Source: a virus (taxonomy: Duplodnaviria > Caudoviricetes). Taken from it: a stretch of 60,518 bases of DNA. Shown in pieces: positions 1-9,410 of the stretch. The stretch covers positions 1 to 60,518 of IMG/VR virus record IMGVR_UViG_3300042539_002213; one strand, 5' to 3'. The translations under genes were made by a program, and so were the position numbers. The notes under the pieces were generated by a model that searched no databases, was not told the origin of the DNA, and was given only the letters and a program-made list of their open reading frames with translations. Position 1 is the first letter of the stretch, and each line of letters starts with the position of its first letter.

Positions 1-393
1 GGCTTTACGCTTAATGTGAGCTAGGATCTTTTCAATGTTTACAAAGGTAGTAATCGGATTAGCATAACCTTTACGTCTTGCGACGTAACAGTAAGCACAA
101 GCCCCTGTGCAGCCATTGGCTAAGCTGGGGGCAATAAAGTCAGTCGATCTACCGTTTGGACGAGAAGCAATTGCGGCTTTGACCCCTAGCACCAAGTCGT
201 GAGCTTTTACTTGTGTCCAGTTTTTAAGCATTTCTGGATTTTTATTAAGCTCTTCGGTTTTCCAGTGGTCTTCAACTTCTGTTACTACAGCCGTTGGATA
301 CTTGGATAATATTTCCTGGGTTCTAGAGTAGTCTTTTGCTTCTTTTTGCAGGTAGATTTTGCGTACAGAAAATAGTTCACTAGTTATAAACAT
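1..393 (-). CDS. Spore photoproduct lyase-like radical SAM protein (3' end outside window)
   Basis: Not in the ORF track; translated by hand from ATG at 393: MFITSELFSVRKIYLQ...RPNGRSTDFIAPSLANGCTGACAYCYVARRKGYANPITTFVNIE. CxxxCxxC motif in an SPL-family context. Confidence 0.8.
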   Translation of the reverse strand, partial: MFITSELFSVRKIYLQKEAKDYSRTQEILSKYPTAVVTEVEDHWKTEELNKNPEMLKNWTQVKAHDLVLGVKAAIASRPNGRSTDFIAPSLANGCTGACAYCYVARRKGYANPITTFVNIEKILAHIKRKA

Positions 394-799
394 CTGGTCC
401 ATCAAAAGAGTAATTACCTTCAAAAGAAAGCTCCAAGTCGGAATCTTTAAAAAGTTCCTGCAGTTTTGCTTCTTTTTCTTCTGGAATTAGTTCAAAGCTA
501 TCGTTAATACGTATAGCATCCCCTACTAAAGAAGTAGCCGCTACGAAACCCTTTGTGCACGTAGTTAAATCTTTAAATCCCGGCTTACCGCACTCATCGG
601 ATGTAATAACGTTCTGCGGTACGGCTATATTAAAAATAGCTTTATCTGCAAGACCTAAAGCCTTGCAGCAAAATCCAAGGCAGCACATAAAACCTTCTGT
701 GTTTAAAAGCACTGTCGCGCCCACTCCGGTAGCTACAGTAGAATGGCCGCCTGTTCTCCACTTACTTCGGTCAATTACAACCTTAATTTTTTCAAACAT
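380..799 (-). CDS. Hypothetical phage protein, paralog of 792..1190
   Basis: Likely start MFEKIKVVIDRSKWRTGG at 799; shares LLNxEGFMCCLGFCC with its neighbour. Confidence 0.75.
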   Translation of the reverse strand: MFEKIKVVIDRSKWRTGGHSTVATGVGATVLLNTEGFMCCLGFCCKALGLADKAIFNIAVPQNVITSDECGKPGFKDLTTCTKGFVAATSLVGDAIRINDSFELIPEEKEAKLQELFKDSDLELSFEGNYSFDGPDVYN

Positions 800-1190
800 T
801 TTCTTCTTTCTTTGGATAATCGCCAGTAAATTCAATCTCAAATTCAGAATCCTTAAAAAGCTCTAAAAGCTTTTGTTCTTTTTGATCGGGTGTGGTATCT
901 AGGTAGTCATTGATACACGTTGCACGTGAAGATAAAGAATCACCTGTTTCCCGAACAATCAAAGCCTTTAGACCAGGTAGTGCTTCCCTTAAGTCTACCT
1001 GTAAAAAGTGTGGTAAAGCTGTATCATATAAATCAGCAACAGAAACACCTGCTGCTTGACAACAAAATCCCAGGCAACACATAAACCCTTCTTGATTTAA
1101 AAGACGAGTATTACCTTCGCCCGTTGAATTAGAACCCTTCCCACCTGTTCTCCACTTACTTCGGTCAATTACAACCTTGATTTTTTCCAT
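792..1190 (-). CDS. Hypothetical phage protein, paralog of 380..799
   Basis: MEKIKVVIDRSKWRTGG...EGFMCCLGFCC; GGAGG RBS upstream. Confidence 0.8.
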   Translation of the reverse strand: MEKIKVVIDRSKWRTGGKGSNSTGEGNTRLLNQEGFMCCLGFCCQAAGVSVADLYDTALPHFLQVDLREALPGLKALIVRETGDSLSSRATCINDYLDTTPDQKEQKLLELFKDSEFEIEFTGDYPKKEENV

Positions 1191-1226
1191 ATTTTCCTCC
1201 AGTTAGATTAAGAAACTAAAGCACGA

Positions 1227-2288
1227 CTAAGAAAACTCTTGCTGTAGAAAACGCCCAAAATCAGCTGCTTTCTTTTTACGCACCTCGTAGGAATTTTTTT
1301 GCAAACCACGAAGGCTTAACTCAGACAGTTCCACTGCATTTTTTAAAGTATCGAAAATACTTAAGAATGAAACCTGTCCTATTGGATGCGAAGTAGACGA
1401 TACCGTTGTGGGTATAATTAGCCCCGAAATACCGTTAGATAGATACGACCTAGCAGGAGGTAAATCGTGGCAAATAAGCGGTGTTCCGCTTGCGCCTAAA
1501 TGCGAAATTAAAGAACCGTACCTGAAAGATGCCGAAGCTATGTAAATAAAATCACTTAGGTAGGAAATTGTTGAATATCGGCTGTAAGGAATGACTCCGA
1601 AATTAACTACTCGTGGTAAATGTTTGCTTGCTAGTCGTTTAATCTGGCTACGATATTGCCGAGGTAATGTTTTTTCACTTACAAACGATATCTTTAAACT
1701 GTCAACGGAACTAAGCAACTTATCTAAAGTAACAAGTAGATTAACTCCGATGTTTTCTACAAAATCGCTGCCTAGTATAACGGTTAAATGACAACTATCT
1801 TGTGAAAACCTTCCGCATTTCTCGTACATAACCTTATCACAAGAGGTAAGATCTGCCCACCTTTGATTTGTTTGCGAGGCATAAACGTTTGAGCTGAGCC
1901 AAAGCGCTATATCTCGATTAAGGCATATTGTCTTGTCGACATGTCCGAAGAAACCAGGGTTTAAACTGTTTACACCGCTAAACCCAGGGAAATACACATG
2001 CTGTGGTCTTTCTTTATCACTCATGTGAGCAAAGTAATTTATAACATTTGCCCCTAGTGTATGCGGGTAAAACCAACACACATAATTAATGCCAATCATC
2101 CAAGACAAGTTATTCTCAGTGTGGCGTATTACTCTTGAGTCCCAGAACTCATCTACGTTTTTGGCTACAGGTCCGTCAGAAACCATTTTAACCTTGTAGC
2201 CTAAACTCAAAAACCAATTAGCGACTTGTATTGCAGCTAATGTCCGGTCATTGTGTTTGTAGTCAACATAAACACCTACTTCAAGCAT
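1227..2288 (-). CDS. Putative GT-B (GT4-like) glycosyltransferase
   Basis: C-terminal SDFIYIAS...YGSLISHLGASGTPLICHD...NGISGLII resembles the GT4 donor-binding signature; neighbours are glycosyltransferases. Confidence 0.55.
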   Translation of the reverse strand: MLEVGVYVDYKHNDRTLAAIQVANWFLSLGYKVKMVSDGPVAKNVDEFWDSRVIRHTENNLSWMIGINYVCWFYPHTLGANVINYFAHMSDKERPQHVYFPGFSGVNSLNPGFFGHVDKTICLNRDIALWLSSNVYASQTNQRWADLTSCDKVMYEKCGRFSQDSCHLTVILGSDFVENIGVNLLVTLDKLLSSVDSLKISFVSEKTLPRQYRSQIKRLASKHLPRVVNFGVIPYSRYSTISYLSDFIYIASASFRYGSLISHLGASGTPLICHDLPPARSYLSNGISGLIIPTTVSSTSHPIGQVSFLSIFDTLKNAVELSELSLRGLQKNSYEVRKKKAADFGRFLQQEFS

Positions 2289-2988
2289 GGTTTTTGTGCT
2301 TTACATATCTGAAAAATGGAGATTCGGTACCGGATCCAGGAAGGATACCGTACCTGAAATTTGATTTCCACGCCACGTAGTTAAAACTTAATTGATCCCT
2401 AAAACTGTATTTTTGTATTTCTGTCCACCACTCAGAATTAAACAAAGCTGTAGGCTGATTTACTTTTCTAAGTACACAGCCTGTTTCAACCATACCGTTT
2501 AGCTCGGGATAACCTTCTTGACGGTAAGAAGCTACCTGCGTGTGCATTAAATGTGGGTTATCCTTGTTGTACCTAATGCAAGCATCTAGCTCTTGATATA
2601 CACAGCGGCGAATAGGGTGCTTAAACGTAAACAGCGAAGCAGAAGTGTTTGAGCCTATTGAAGCTTCAACTAACTGCGAACTTACACTTATTTTCTTAAC
2701 GCAATGTGTGCCGTCTATCCAAACAGCTACTTCGTGATCACCGGGTATAAGGTGACTGTTTACCTTATGCCAACGAGCTGTCCTGCGGTTACAAGATGGA
2801 TGTTTCCAGAGCAGGGGTTTAACCCTCCACTGCACACCGCTTTTGGTGCCGACACAAAATTCTTTGTTTGTGTTAGTAAATAAAACAAACCTGACATTAT
2901 CCTCTGGAAAGCACTCAGAGGCATATAGACTTCTAGCCAAATCGTCGTAGTCGCCTGATACACAACTATAAACTAGAATTTTTCTCAT
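2281..2988 (-). CDS. DUF616-family glycosyltransferase-like protein
   Basis: Likely start MRKILVYSCVSGDYD; motifs WIDG, HPxRxCVYQE and RDQLSFNYVAW. Confidence 0.75.
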   Translation of the reverse strand: MRKILVYSCVSGDYDDLARSLYASECFPEDNVRFVLFTNTNKEFCVGTKSGVQWRVKPLLWKHPSCNRRTARWHKVNSHLIPGDHEVAVWIDGTHCVKKISVSSQLVEASIGSNTSASLFTFKHPIRRCVYQELDACIRYNKDNPHLMHTQVASYRQEGYPELNGMVETGCVLRKVNQPTALFNSEWWTEIQKYSFRDQLSFNYVAWKSNFRYGILPGSGTESPFFRYVKHKNHA

Positions 2989-3772
2989 TTTGTCTAAACC
3001 ATTGTCCTCTCTTATATTTGTCACCGCGTGCAACTGAGCGGTAATGAAATATGAAACTGCTTAAAGCAATTCCTGATTTCAAACCGATCTTGTGCCAGCG
3101 AGCCTGAAGCTCATCTTCGTTAAGCGTAGTGTAAGGAGTTGGATTCTTTTTGCCAGATGAAGTAAAAAAGTTTGCAGGCTTGTAGAAATGCTTATCGTCG
3201 TATTTTCCTTTAATCCAGGATTGCATAGCTGCAAATTGAAAAAAACCATTTACGTAACTTAAATGATACAAGCCTTTGTTTTTCTCAAGTATTTTAAGCG
3301 AATAATTGTTTAAAAGCTCTAAATCATCAGACAACTGATAATCTTTTATGTGCGCCGATATTTCCTGTGCGCCTTTGGCTGTGATTCCAGGTGCGTTAGA
3401 TAGTGGACCAACCATAGCTGTTCCACTTTGATTTAACTGTATGAGGCCTTCATACCACCGGACAGGAAAAAGAATATCGTTGTTACCTGCTATACCGAAA
3501 TCAAGCTGTAAATCCGCGCATATTTCCAGCCCACGGTTCCAGCTACGGGTTAGACCTAATTGCTTTGAGAAGTGCTCTACAACAATTTGTTTAGCTGTTG
3601 GAGCTAAGACTTTTAATTTCTGGATGTAGTTTTTATCAAAACCTATAGAACCATCATCGACAACAACTGCAACACCTTGAGGTGTAGTATCAAAAAAAGT
3701 TCTTACGGCTTTAACTGTATAGGAGTGTAGCTCCAGGGCCTTATACGTTGGGCATACAAATCCAATACGCAT
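2966..3772 (-). CDS. GT2-family glycosyltransferase
   Basis: VCPTY, VVVDDGS, GLTRSWNRG, NNDI, VGPLSN and FIFHY motifs. Confidence 0.8.
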   Translation of the reverse strand: MRIGFVCPTYKALELHSYTVKAVRTFFDTTPQGVAVVVDDGSIGFDKNYIQKLKVLAPTAKQIVVEHFSKQLGLTRSWNRGLEICADLQLDFGIAGNNDILFPVRWYEGLIQLNQSGTAMVGPLSNAPGITAKGAQEISAHIKDYQLSDDLELLNNYSLKILEKNKGLYHLSYVNGFFQFAAMQSWIKGKYDDKHFYKPANFFTSSGKKNPTPYTTLNEDELQARWHKIGLKSGIALSSFIFHYRSVARGDKYKRGQWFRQNEKNSSL

Positions 3773-5688
3773 TACATCTGCCCTGAAGCCATTTGTTGCT
3801 GAAGCATTGCTCCACCCTGAGAACGTAGCTGATTGCGCGTTTCATCCATCTTGGTTCGCACACGACCGTGAAGAATAGGATTAAACTGCTTAAGTTTACG
3901 TAGCTCTGAATCTTTAACGCTCTCAGGTAGACCAAGTAGTTCCTGTGCCAACTGCGAGGCTGCAGCTTCCAGGTCATTTGGAGTGACCGGAACATTTGGC
4001 CCCATGCTTTGAATATAACTGGAAACAGGCGTCTGTCCTGCACCCATAGCCGATTGGGCATCTGGGCCAGTCGGGTTACCACCACCAGCACCACCGGCAG
4101 GAGCAGCACCAGGCTGACCGCCTTGTTGCTGCTGCATAGCCGGGTTCATACCCTTAGCAATCTCAGCGGCAAATCCAGCTTGCTCGGCTTCTTCTTGCAT
4201 ACGAGCTTGCATTTCCTGCTGCTTTCTTGCTTCGTCAGCAATTCGGCGTTGCTCGGTTTCCCAATCGTAACCGATAGCTGCAAGACCCGAAGTACCAGAC
4301 AGCTGCTGACCCATCATGAGCTGCAGAGCAGCCATTTGTTTCTGCATATCGTCTGCGATAGTAACAGGCTTAAGCTTGCAATCAATTTGCTGCCAAGACA
4401 AAATCTTGCTGATAGCATCTACAGTCCACTGTGCAAATTTATTGGCATCATCCACTAAACCACGGTGCATACTTTCAAATAAGCGTATTCCCACAGGCCC
4501 AGTTTGCATAGTCAAAGAGCCCTGGTAGAACTCTACAGGGACTCCTGATTCATTAAGAAGAGTATCATAGGCCTGCGTAATCATTTCGGTAGGAGCTAAC
4601 TGACTTGCTTCTCCACCTAAAATTTGATACTTAACCGGAAAAGGCAAAGTATTCCAGCCTGCTGGATCCCGCCTACGTCGATTAATCATGTTTCTAATTT
4701 GCGATCTGAAATCTCCCATGTTGTACGAAGCCATTGGGTCATTCATTGCAAAACCACCGGCACCGCCACCCCCGGCTTTAACTTCAGGTGTAATAAGCCT
4801 AAAAGGTATTACATAGTCTAAGGCAATTGCTTCGTTGTAACGTCGCAATACCTGCAAGTACCAAAGCTGCCTGTAGTTAACAAGACTCCTAGGCAAACCC
4901 CAGCCCATAGCTCGGATACCTGCAAGAGTAGGTTCCCGCATGTGATAAATAGTATCCGGGTAGAACCTAAATAGCTTGTCCTGCTTAATAGCCTGCAAAA
5001 CCTGCTTACTAACGCGCTCAAGATGGAAAAGATTACCTTCCTTAACCATCCTCTTATAATACTCTGGAATACGCCAAAGGTAGCTTACTTCGTCGGTGTA
5101 AGGATCGTGCAGTATTTCAATTTCATGCGGGTTCCATCGCTTTAAAATAAGCCGGTCGGACTCTTCTTTAGGCTTATCAACTACATGCCAAGGGCCTCTC
5201 CAACCTGTCTTTGGACAAGTAGCAACAAAATTAAACTGCGCGTCAAACTGGAAATTAAAATTGTTGTACACCACTTTTAGTGGATACATGTCGCCAGTTT
5301 TTGGACATTGTAGATAACGTCTAAAAGGAACAATTACGCTACCAAAGAAGTTACCGTAGCAAAGTCTATCCTTAAGCGCGATAGACATGAAATTTAAAAG
5401 ACCTAACTTGTCGTTTAGGTATTCTTTGTATTTCTTTTTTTCATCGTCGCCTACTTCCTCGCCGCCTATTTCTAGTTCGGTAAGGAAGTGAGAAACAATT
5501 CTTTCCATGGCAGTGCGGTAAGTACCTACAATCTGCCAGATGTATTCTGACCACCAAAGTGCCGACTTCATAGTAGTCGGCATCTGCGTGGTTGCTATGT
5601 CATTAAAAGGATCGGCAAAACCATGCTCACCGTGGGTTACACCGGCACCACGACTAAAAAACGGGCTGCCAGAGCTTAAGTAAGTCAT
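3772..5688 (-). CDS. Probable portal protein
   Basis: 638 aa, helical, with CYGNFF and GWGLP motifs and a Q/G/A-rich low-complexity C-terminus, as seen in large-phage portals. Confidence 0.55.
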   Translation of the reverse strand: MTYLSSGSPFFSRGAGVTHGEHGFADPFNDIATTQMPTTMKSALWWSEYIWQIVGTYRTAMERIVSHFLTELEIGGEEVGDDEKKKYKEYLNDKLGLLNFMSIALKDRLCYGNFFGSVIVPFRRYLQCPKTGDMYPLKVVYNNFNFQFDAQFNFVATCPKTGWRGPWHVVDKPKEESDRLILKRWNPHEIEILHDPYTDEVSYLWRIPEYYKRMVKEGNLFHLERVSKQVLQAIKQDKLFRFYPDTIYHMREPTLAGIRAMGWGLPRSLVNYRQLWYLQVLRRYNEAIALDYVIPFRLITPEVKAGGGGAGGFAMNDPMASYNMGDFRSQIRNMINRRRRDPAGWNTLPFPVKYQILGGEASQLAPTEMITQAYDTLLNESGVPVEFYQGSLTMQTGPVGIRLFESMHRGLVDDANKFAQWTVDAISKILSWQQIDCKLKPVTIADDMQKQMAALQLMMGQQLSGTSGLAAIGYDWETEQRRIADEARKQQEMQARMQEEAEQAGFAAEIAKGMNPAMQQQQGGQPGAAPAGGAGGGNPTGPDAQSAMGAGQTPVSSYIQSMGPNVPVTPNDLEAAASQLAQELLGLPESVKDSELRKLKQFNPILHGRVRTKMDETRNQLRSQGGAMLQQQMASGQM

Positions 5689-5707
5689 CGTGCGATCCTC
5701 TTTATAA

Positions 5708-5890
5708 CTACTTCTTAGATGCGTTCTTTACCGCATCGGAAGCCTGCTTCATTAATCCATCTTCGGCTTTATCATAAGCAGCAGTGTTGTCAAAAGGTAG
5801 GTCAAGCTGCTTAGCTACCTTTTCATTTTTTCTACAGCAGTCCGGTCTTTGACACGGTGTATGACCGCCGATAGCTCCATTTTTTTCCAT
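5708..5890 (-). CDS. Small hypothetical protein
   Basis: 60-aa ORF packed in the operon upstream of the portal-like gene. Confidence 0.6.
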   Translation of the reverse strand: MEKNGAIGGHTPCQRPDCCRKNEKVAKQLDLPFDNTAAYDKAEDGLMKQASDAVKNASKK

Positions 5891-5894
5891 GGCT

Positions 5895-6650
5895 TTAACC
5901 TCTAAGTAAGACTATAAAATCAAGGCAACCTAATGACCATTGCAGACCCACTGACGCAACAGAAAAGCTTTGTTTCGATTCGGCTACAGTCAAATTAAGC
6001 ACCTGCTCGGGAGCCAACGCTGGAGGTAAATACTGCTGCCCGTATTCAAATCGCGCATCGTAGACAAGCACAATACAGTCTTTTTCTTCGATTACAGCGT
6101 GATACCTAGCGGCCATAGTACCTAGCTGGCCAAATTCAAAATATACCGTAAAACCAGGTTTCTCTGGAACACCACTAAGAAGAAATGGTATTTTTAGCGA
6201 CTTTAGAGCGTTAAATGCGGCTTTAAGGCTGTCTGGAGCCGTGTTTGATTTTTCAACGGTCGCTTGAACTGCAAAATCAGGCCCACTAGCTGTATCGGAC
6301 ATATAGAACTTAGGTGGCCCGTCACCCCAAACCATATTAGACTCATACTGCATAGGTGGCGCTACACCTTGTACTACAGAAGTAACAACTGCAGCCTCCT
6401 TTACGGGCGAAGGTTGAAGTGCCTTAAAAACCTCGGCAGGTGGTTTTCCGCTGTTTTTAGCAAGTGTTTTAGTGTTTACATTTGATAAATCCAGTACAAA
6501 TGCATCGGGAGTATCGGGGTCAACGACCACATTAGAGTAAGGTTTATTATGGTCAAAAGCGGTAGACCTGCCGTCAAACTCCTGTCTATTAGAAGCAGGT
6601 ATTTCCGTAGCGTTAGGCAAATGAATGCTGGGTTTGTATTCGGTGCTCAT
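5895..6650 (-). CDS. Hypothetical protein
   Basis: 251-aa ORF with tight operon spacing. Confidence 0.7.
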   Translation of the reverse strand: MSTEYKPSIHLPNATEIPASNRQEFDGRSTAFDHNKPYSNVVVDPDTPDAFVLDLSNVNTKTLAKNSGKPPAEVFKALQPSPVKEAAVVTSVVQGVAPPMQYESNMVWGDGPPKFYMSDTASGPDFAVQATVEKSNTAPDSLKAAFNALKSLKIPFLLSGVPEKPGFTVYFEFGQLGTMAARYHAVIEEKDCIVLVYDARFEYGQQYLPPALAPEQVLNLTVAESKQSFSVASVGLQWSLGCLDFIVLLRG

Positions 6651-6655
6651 TTTTC

Positions 6656-7255
6656 TTAGTTGTTGTTAAAATCCTGGTCGTTGTTGTCACTTTTATCGTC
6701 AATTTTTTTGATTTCTTCTTTTTCGGTGATACCTTGGTTAAAGTACTGCGAGGTCATAACCGAGTCGTCGCCAAGCCAGCCGTGGTTAAGATTCTCAAGT
6801 GATTCGGCGTCTAAATCATCAGAGTTGACCGCAGTAGTATCACCACTTGAAGTAATTTTTACTGCTGCCTTGTTTGGAAGTAGTAAATAATACTCATCGG
6901 CTGTTTCTGGTTTTTTGATCTTAGCTACCGGTAGAGGTAATCCGTAGAAAATCCAAACTGACGTTTCTTTACCTATCCTTGATGACAACGCCTTCAACAA
7001 GTCCTTAAACTTGTTATAGGCGTAGACATTTGGATAGTCGCCCTCTGGTGATTCACATAAACACCATTTATGCGACGGCAAATCCAGCTTGTACTCCTGA
7101 TTGTCTGCGGGTAGTAGTGCTTCCTTCACTTGTAACGGTAAATGCGCTATAGACGCTAGATAGTTCAAAGTCTCTTCGTCTACGCTAGATTCCTGCTTAG
7201 CAAATGACTCTAGGACTATTTCTACGGGTGATCTATCTGGTTTTTGGTTAGGCAT
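6656..7255 (-). CDS. Hypothetical protein
   Basis: 199-aa ORF overlapping the upstream stop. Confidence 0.7.
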   Translation of the reverse strand: MPNQKPDRSPVEIVLESFAKQESSVDEETLNYLASIAHLPLQVKEALLPADNQEYKLDLPSHKWCLCESPEGDYPNVYAYNKFKDLLKALSSRIGKETSVWIFYGLPLPVAKIKKPETADEYYLLLPNKAAVKITSSGDTTAVNSDDLDAESLENLNHGWLGDDSVMTSQYFNQGITEKEEIKKIDDKSDNNDQDFNNN

Positions 7256-7505
7256 TATTTATTCCACTAGTTGCTGGGACATAGGTCAAAGTCAAATAAT
7301 AAACACCAGCTGAAACCGACACACATCCTGGAACAGCTATTACGCTTTTACTCGAATCTACCCAAGAATTTACCTTATCAATTAAATCCTGTACAGTTTC
7401 CGCTTGAAAAACTTGCACAGAAACTAACTGATCGGGTAGCAAAAAATGGCGAAGGCTTGCTATAGGGAATTGTTGATCTGAAGGCAAAGAAAAACTATCT
7501 GCCAT
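7248..7505 (-). CDS. Hypothetical protein
   Basis: 85-aa ORF with GGAG RBS. Confidence 0.65.
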   Translation of the reverse strand: MADSFSLPSDQQFPIASLRHFLLPDQLVSVQVFQAETVQDLIDKVNSWVDSSKSVIAVPGCVSVSAGVYYLTLTYVPATSGINNA

Positions 7506-8187
7506 TTTTATTTCTCCTTAGTTCCTCTACGCGGTTGTAATAGTTTTCGTCCTGCTCCTGTAGCATAATCTTCTTATACTCTTGAAAAGCCGCGTCTGAG
7601 TTTTTGTGGGACATTGCAAAAAGCCGGTCTGCTGCTCTAACATGAACATTATCGGGTGGATAAGACACCATACCGGGAAGCATTGCAACATTGCTTCTGG
7701 GTGCAAAAGCACACTGTCTTTCGTTTGAAAGAACGGCAAAAGCGTTTATCTCAATTACAGGTGTCTTAGGCCCGACTATTCGCTCTAAATCCGAATTTAA
7801 CGGATCGTATATTTGCAGCTTTTGAAGTGCGTACTGATAGAGTTTATCCTGCTCTAAGTCAAACTGAACGGTTTGAAGAATCCCATCTACAATCTTTTCA
7901 AAATCCTTTTTCTCAGCTGCCCACAGAAGATGGTTCCACGATTTGTCGTCTTTAAACTGAAATCCGGTAAATATAGGTTTGTCAAACTGATACCAGAAAA
8001 TCTTGAAATTGTATTTCTCGATTAAATCAGAAAGATTCTTTTCGGTAAATCTACCCCAGAGATAAAGAGCAGCTGGTGAATACCACTCGTAACCTTGGAT
8101 ATCTGCCAGCGACCTAGCGTTGCTAAATTGAATCCGGTACTTAGGTACTCTAAACGGTTTAAACGTGTAAAAGCTGTCCTTCTCCAT
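7495..8187 (-). CDS. Hypothetical protein
   Basis: 230-aa ORF in operon. Confidence 0.7.
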   Translation of the reverse strand: MEKDSFYTFKPFRVPKYRIQFSNARSLADIQGYEWYSPAALYLWGRFTEKNLSDLIEKYNFKIFWYQFDKPIFTGFQFKDDKSWNHLLWAAEKKDFEKIVDGILQTVQFDLEQDKLYQYALQKLQIYDPLNSDLERIVGPKTPVIEINAFAVLSNERQCAFAPRSNVAMLPGMVSYPPDNVHVRAADRLFAMSHKNSDAAFQEYKKIMLQEQDENYYNRVEELRRNKNGR

Positions 8188-8196
8188 GAATTTACC

Positions 8197-8940
8197 TTAG
8201 ACTACCGCCTCGCGTTTATCACTTTCCTTAAGTCCATCTATAGTAGATGCTGTAATTAACAGATCCACAAGGCTGTCTACACTGCCTGAACTGTAATTAG
8301 CCACAATGTTTTGAAAAGCAGTTAAGCTGCCTTCTTGCGTAAGTTTTTCAGTGTTAGCCTGAATATAACTTTTAACCAGAGCTATGTCTTCAAAAGGATC
8401 CCGTACTATATGTCGGTGAAGCGTGCTGTTTACTCCTGAATAGGAGAAAGGAGAGTTTAGCACACCGCAAGACTTTAGCAGGTTTTGTAGCAAAAACTGA
8501 CTATCTGCGGCTGAGTATGCTTCTTTCTTGTAGCTAACAAACGTCAAACGTTGTTCAGGATCAATGTCATAATTTGATGGGAAAGCTTTAGGAAAATTGG
8601 CATTAAAGAAAGCTTTACAGCCTAGACAAACAGGCGGTTTGTTTCCACCGGGAAGCCTGCTGCTTAGATTGTACTTAACACCTTTGTTTAAGTCGGGAAC
8701 AGTTATCCTGACAGATAGAAGATCGTTTCTAAAGAAATTCTGCTCTAGCATTGACCTTACTTGCGAAACGTCATCTTCAAAGTGTTTAAGTAGCAAAACT
8801 AAATCGTAATGACATTTAACAAGGTTAGCTTTGAATTGAGCTATTTCTTCCTTTGGGCTGTCGGCATTTATCTTTAAAAAAGATTGCTCATATTCGTTTA
8901 ATTCTACGTGCGTGCTTAAAGCGCCCACAAAAACTAACAT
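8197..8940 (-). CDS. Hypothetical protein
   Basis: 247-aa ORF overlapping the endonuclease VII stop. Confidence 0.7.
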   Translation of the reverse strand: MLVFVGALSTHVELNEYEQSFLKINADSPKEEIAQFKANLVKCHYDLVLLLKHFEDDVSQVRSMLEQNFFRNDLLSVRITVPDLNKGVKYNLSSRLPGGNKPPVCLGCKAFFNANFPKAFPSNYDIDPEQRLTFVSYKKEAYSAADSQFLLQNLLKSCGVLNSPFSYSGVNSTLHRHIVRDPFEDIALVKSYIQANTEKLTQEGSLTAFQNIVANYSSGSVDSLVDLLITASTIDGLKESDKREAVV

Positions 8941-9410
8941 TGCGTAGGATCCTTTCTGCCTTCAATTAAAAGTTTGCGGTAAAGAGCCGAACGTTTAGCT
9001 GCACTTTTACAACCTGCAATCTGCTCAACCCCCGCTCCCATAAGATTAAGAGCTTCAATTTGAGTTTGTTTAGGTAGCCTGCTAAAGCGACGAGTGACTT
9101 GTTTAAGTCCAACCGGATGGTAAGGGCCTTGTTCAGACTCTAGATAATCCGCTATTTCCCTAAGTACAGTAGGTAAATCCTTTTTAGTGTTTACACAGCG
9201 TGATTTAAAGAAATTCTCTATCTTGCCAATCAAAGCGTTTACCTCTAGTGAAATAATCCCGCGTACCCGACCTGATTTATGATCGTGGTCGACTACAGGG
9301 GAAAACTTCTCAGAAGGTAATTCTAATAAAGGACAGGTACTTGGCTTACGTTTTTCACGGTAATCTGCAAGCTTATCGTACGGAACATACGTCGAATATT
9401 CGTTTGACAT
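8934..9410 (-). CDS. Recombination endonuclease VII (T4 gp49-like)
   Basis: CPL...VVDHDHKSGRVRGII...NALIGKIEN His-Me finger motif. Confidence 0.85.
   Translation of the reverse strand: MSNEYSTYVPYDKLADYREKRKPSTCPLLELPSEKFSPVVDHDHKSGRVRGIISLEVNALIGKIENFFKSRCVNTKKDLPTVLREIADYLESEQGPYHPVGLKQVTRRFSRLPKQTQIEALNLMGAGVEQIAGCKSAAKRSALYRKLLIEGRKDPTQC

Noticed and set aside
4009-4458. Plus-strand ORFs antisense to long genes (e.g. 4009-4458, 17324-17785, 57724-58074)
   Set aside because: They are shadow frames of well-supported minus-strand genes and have no motifs.
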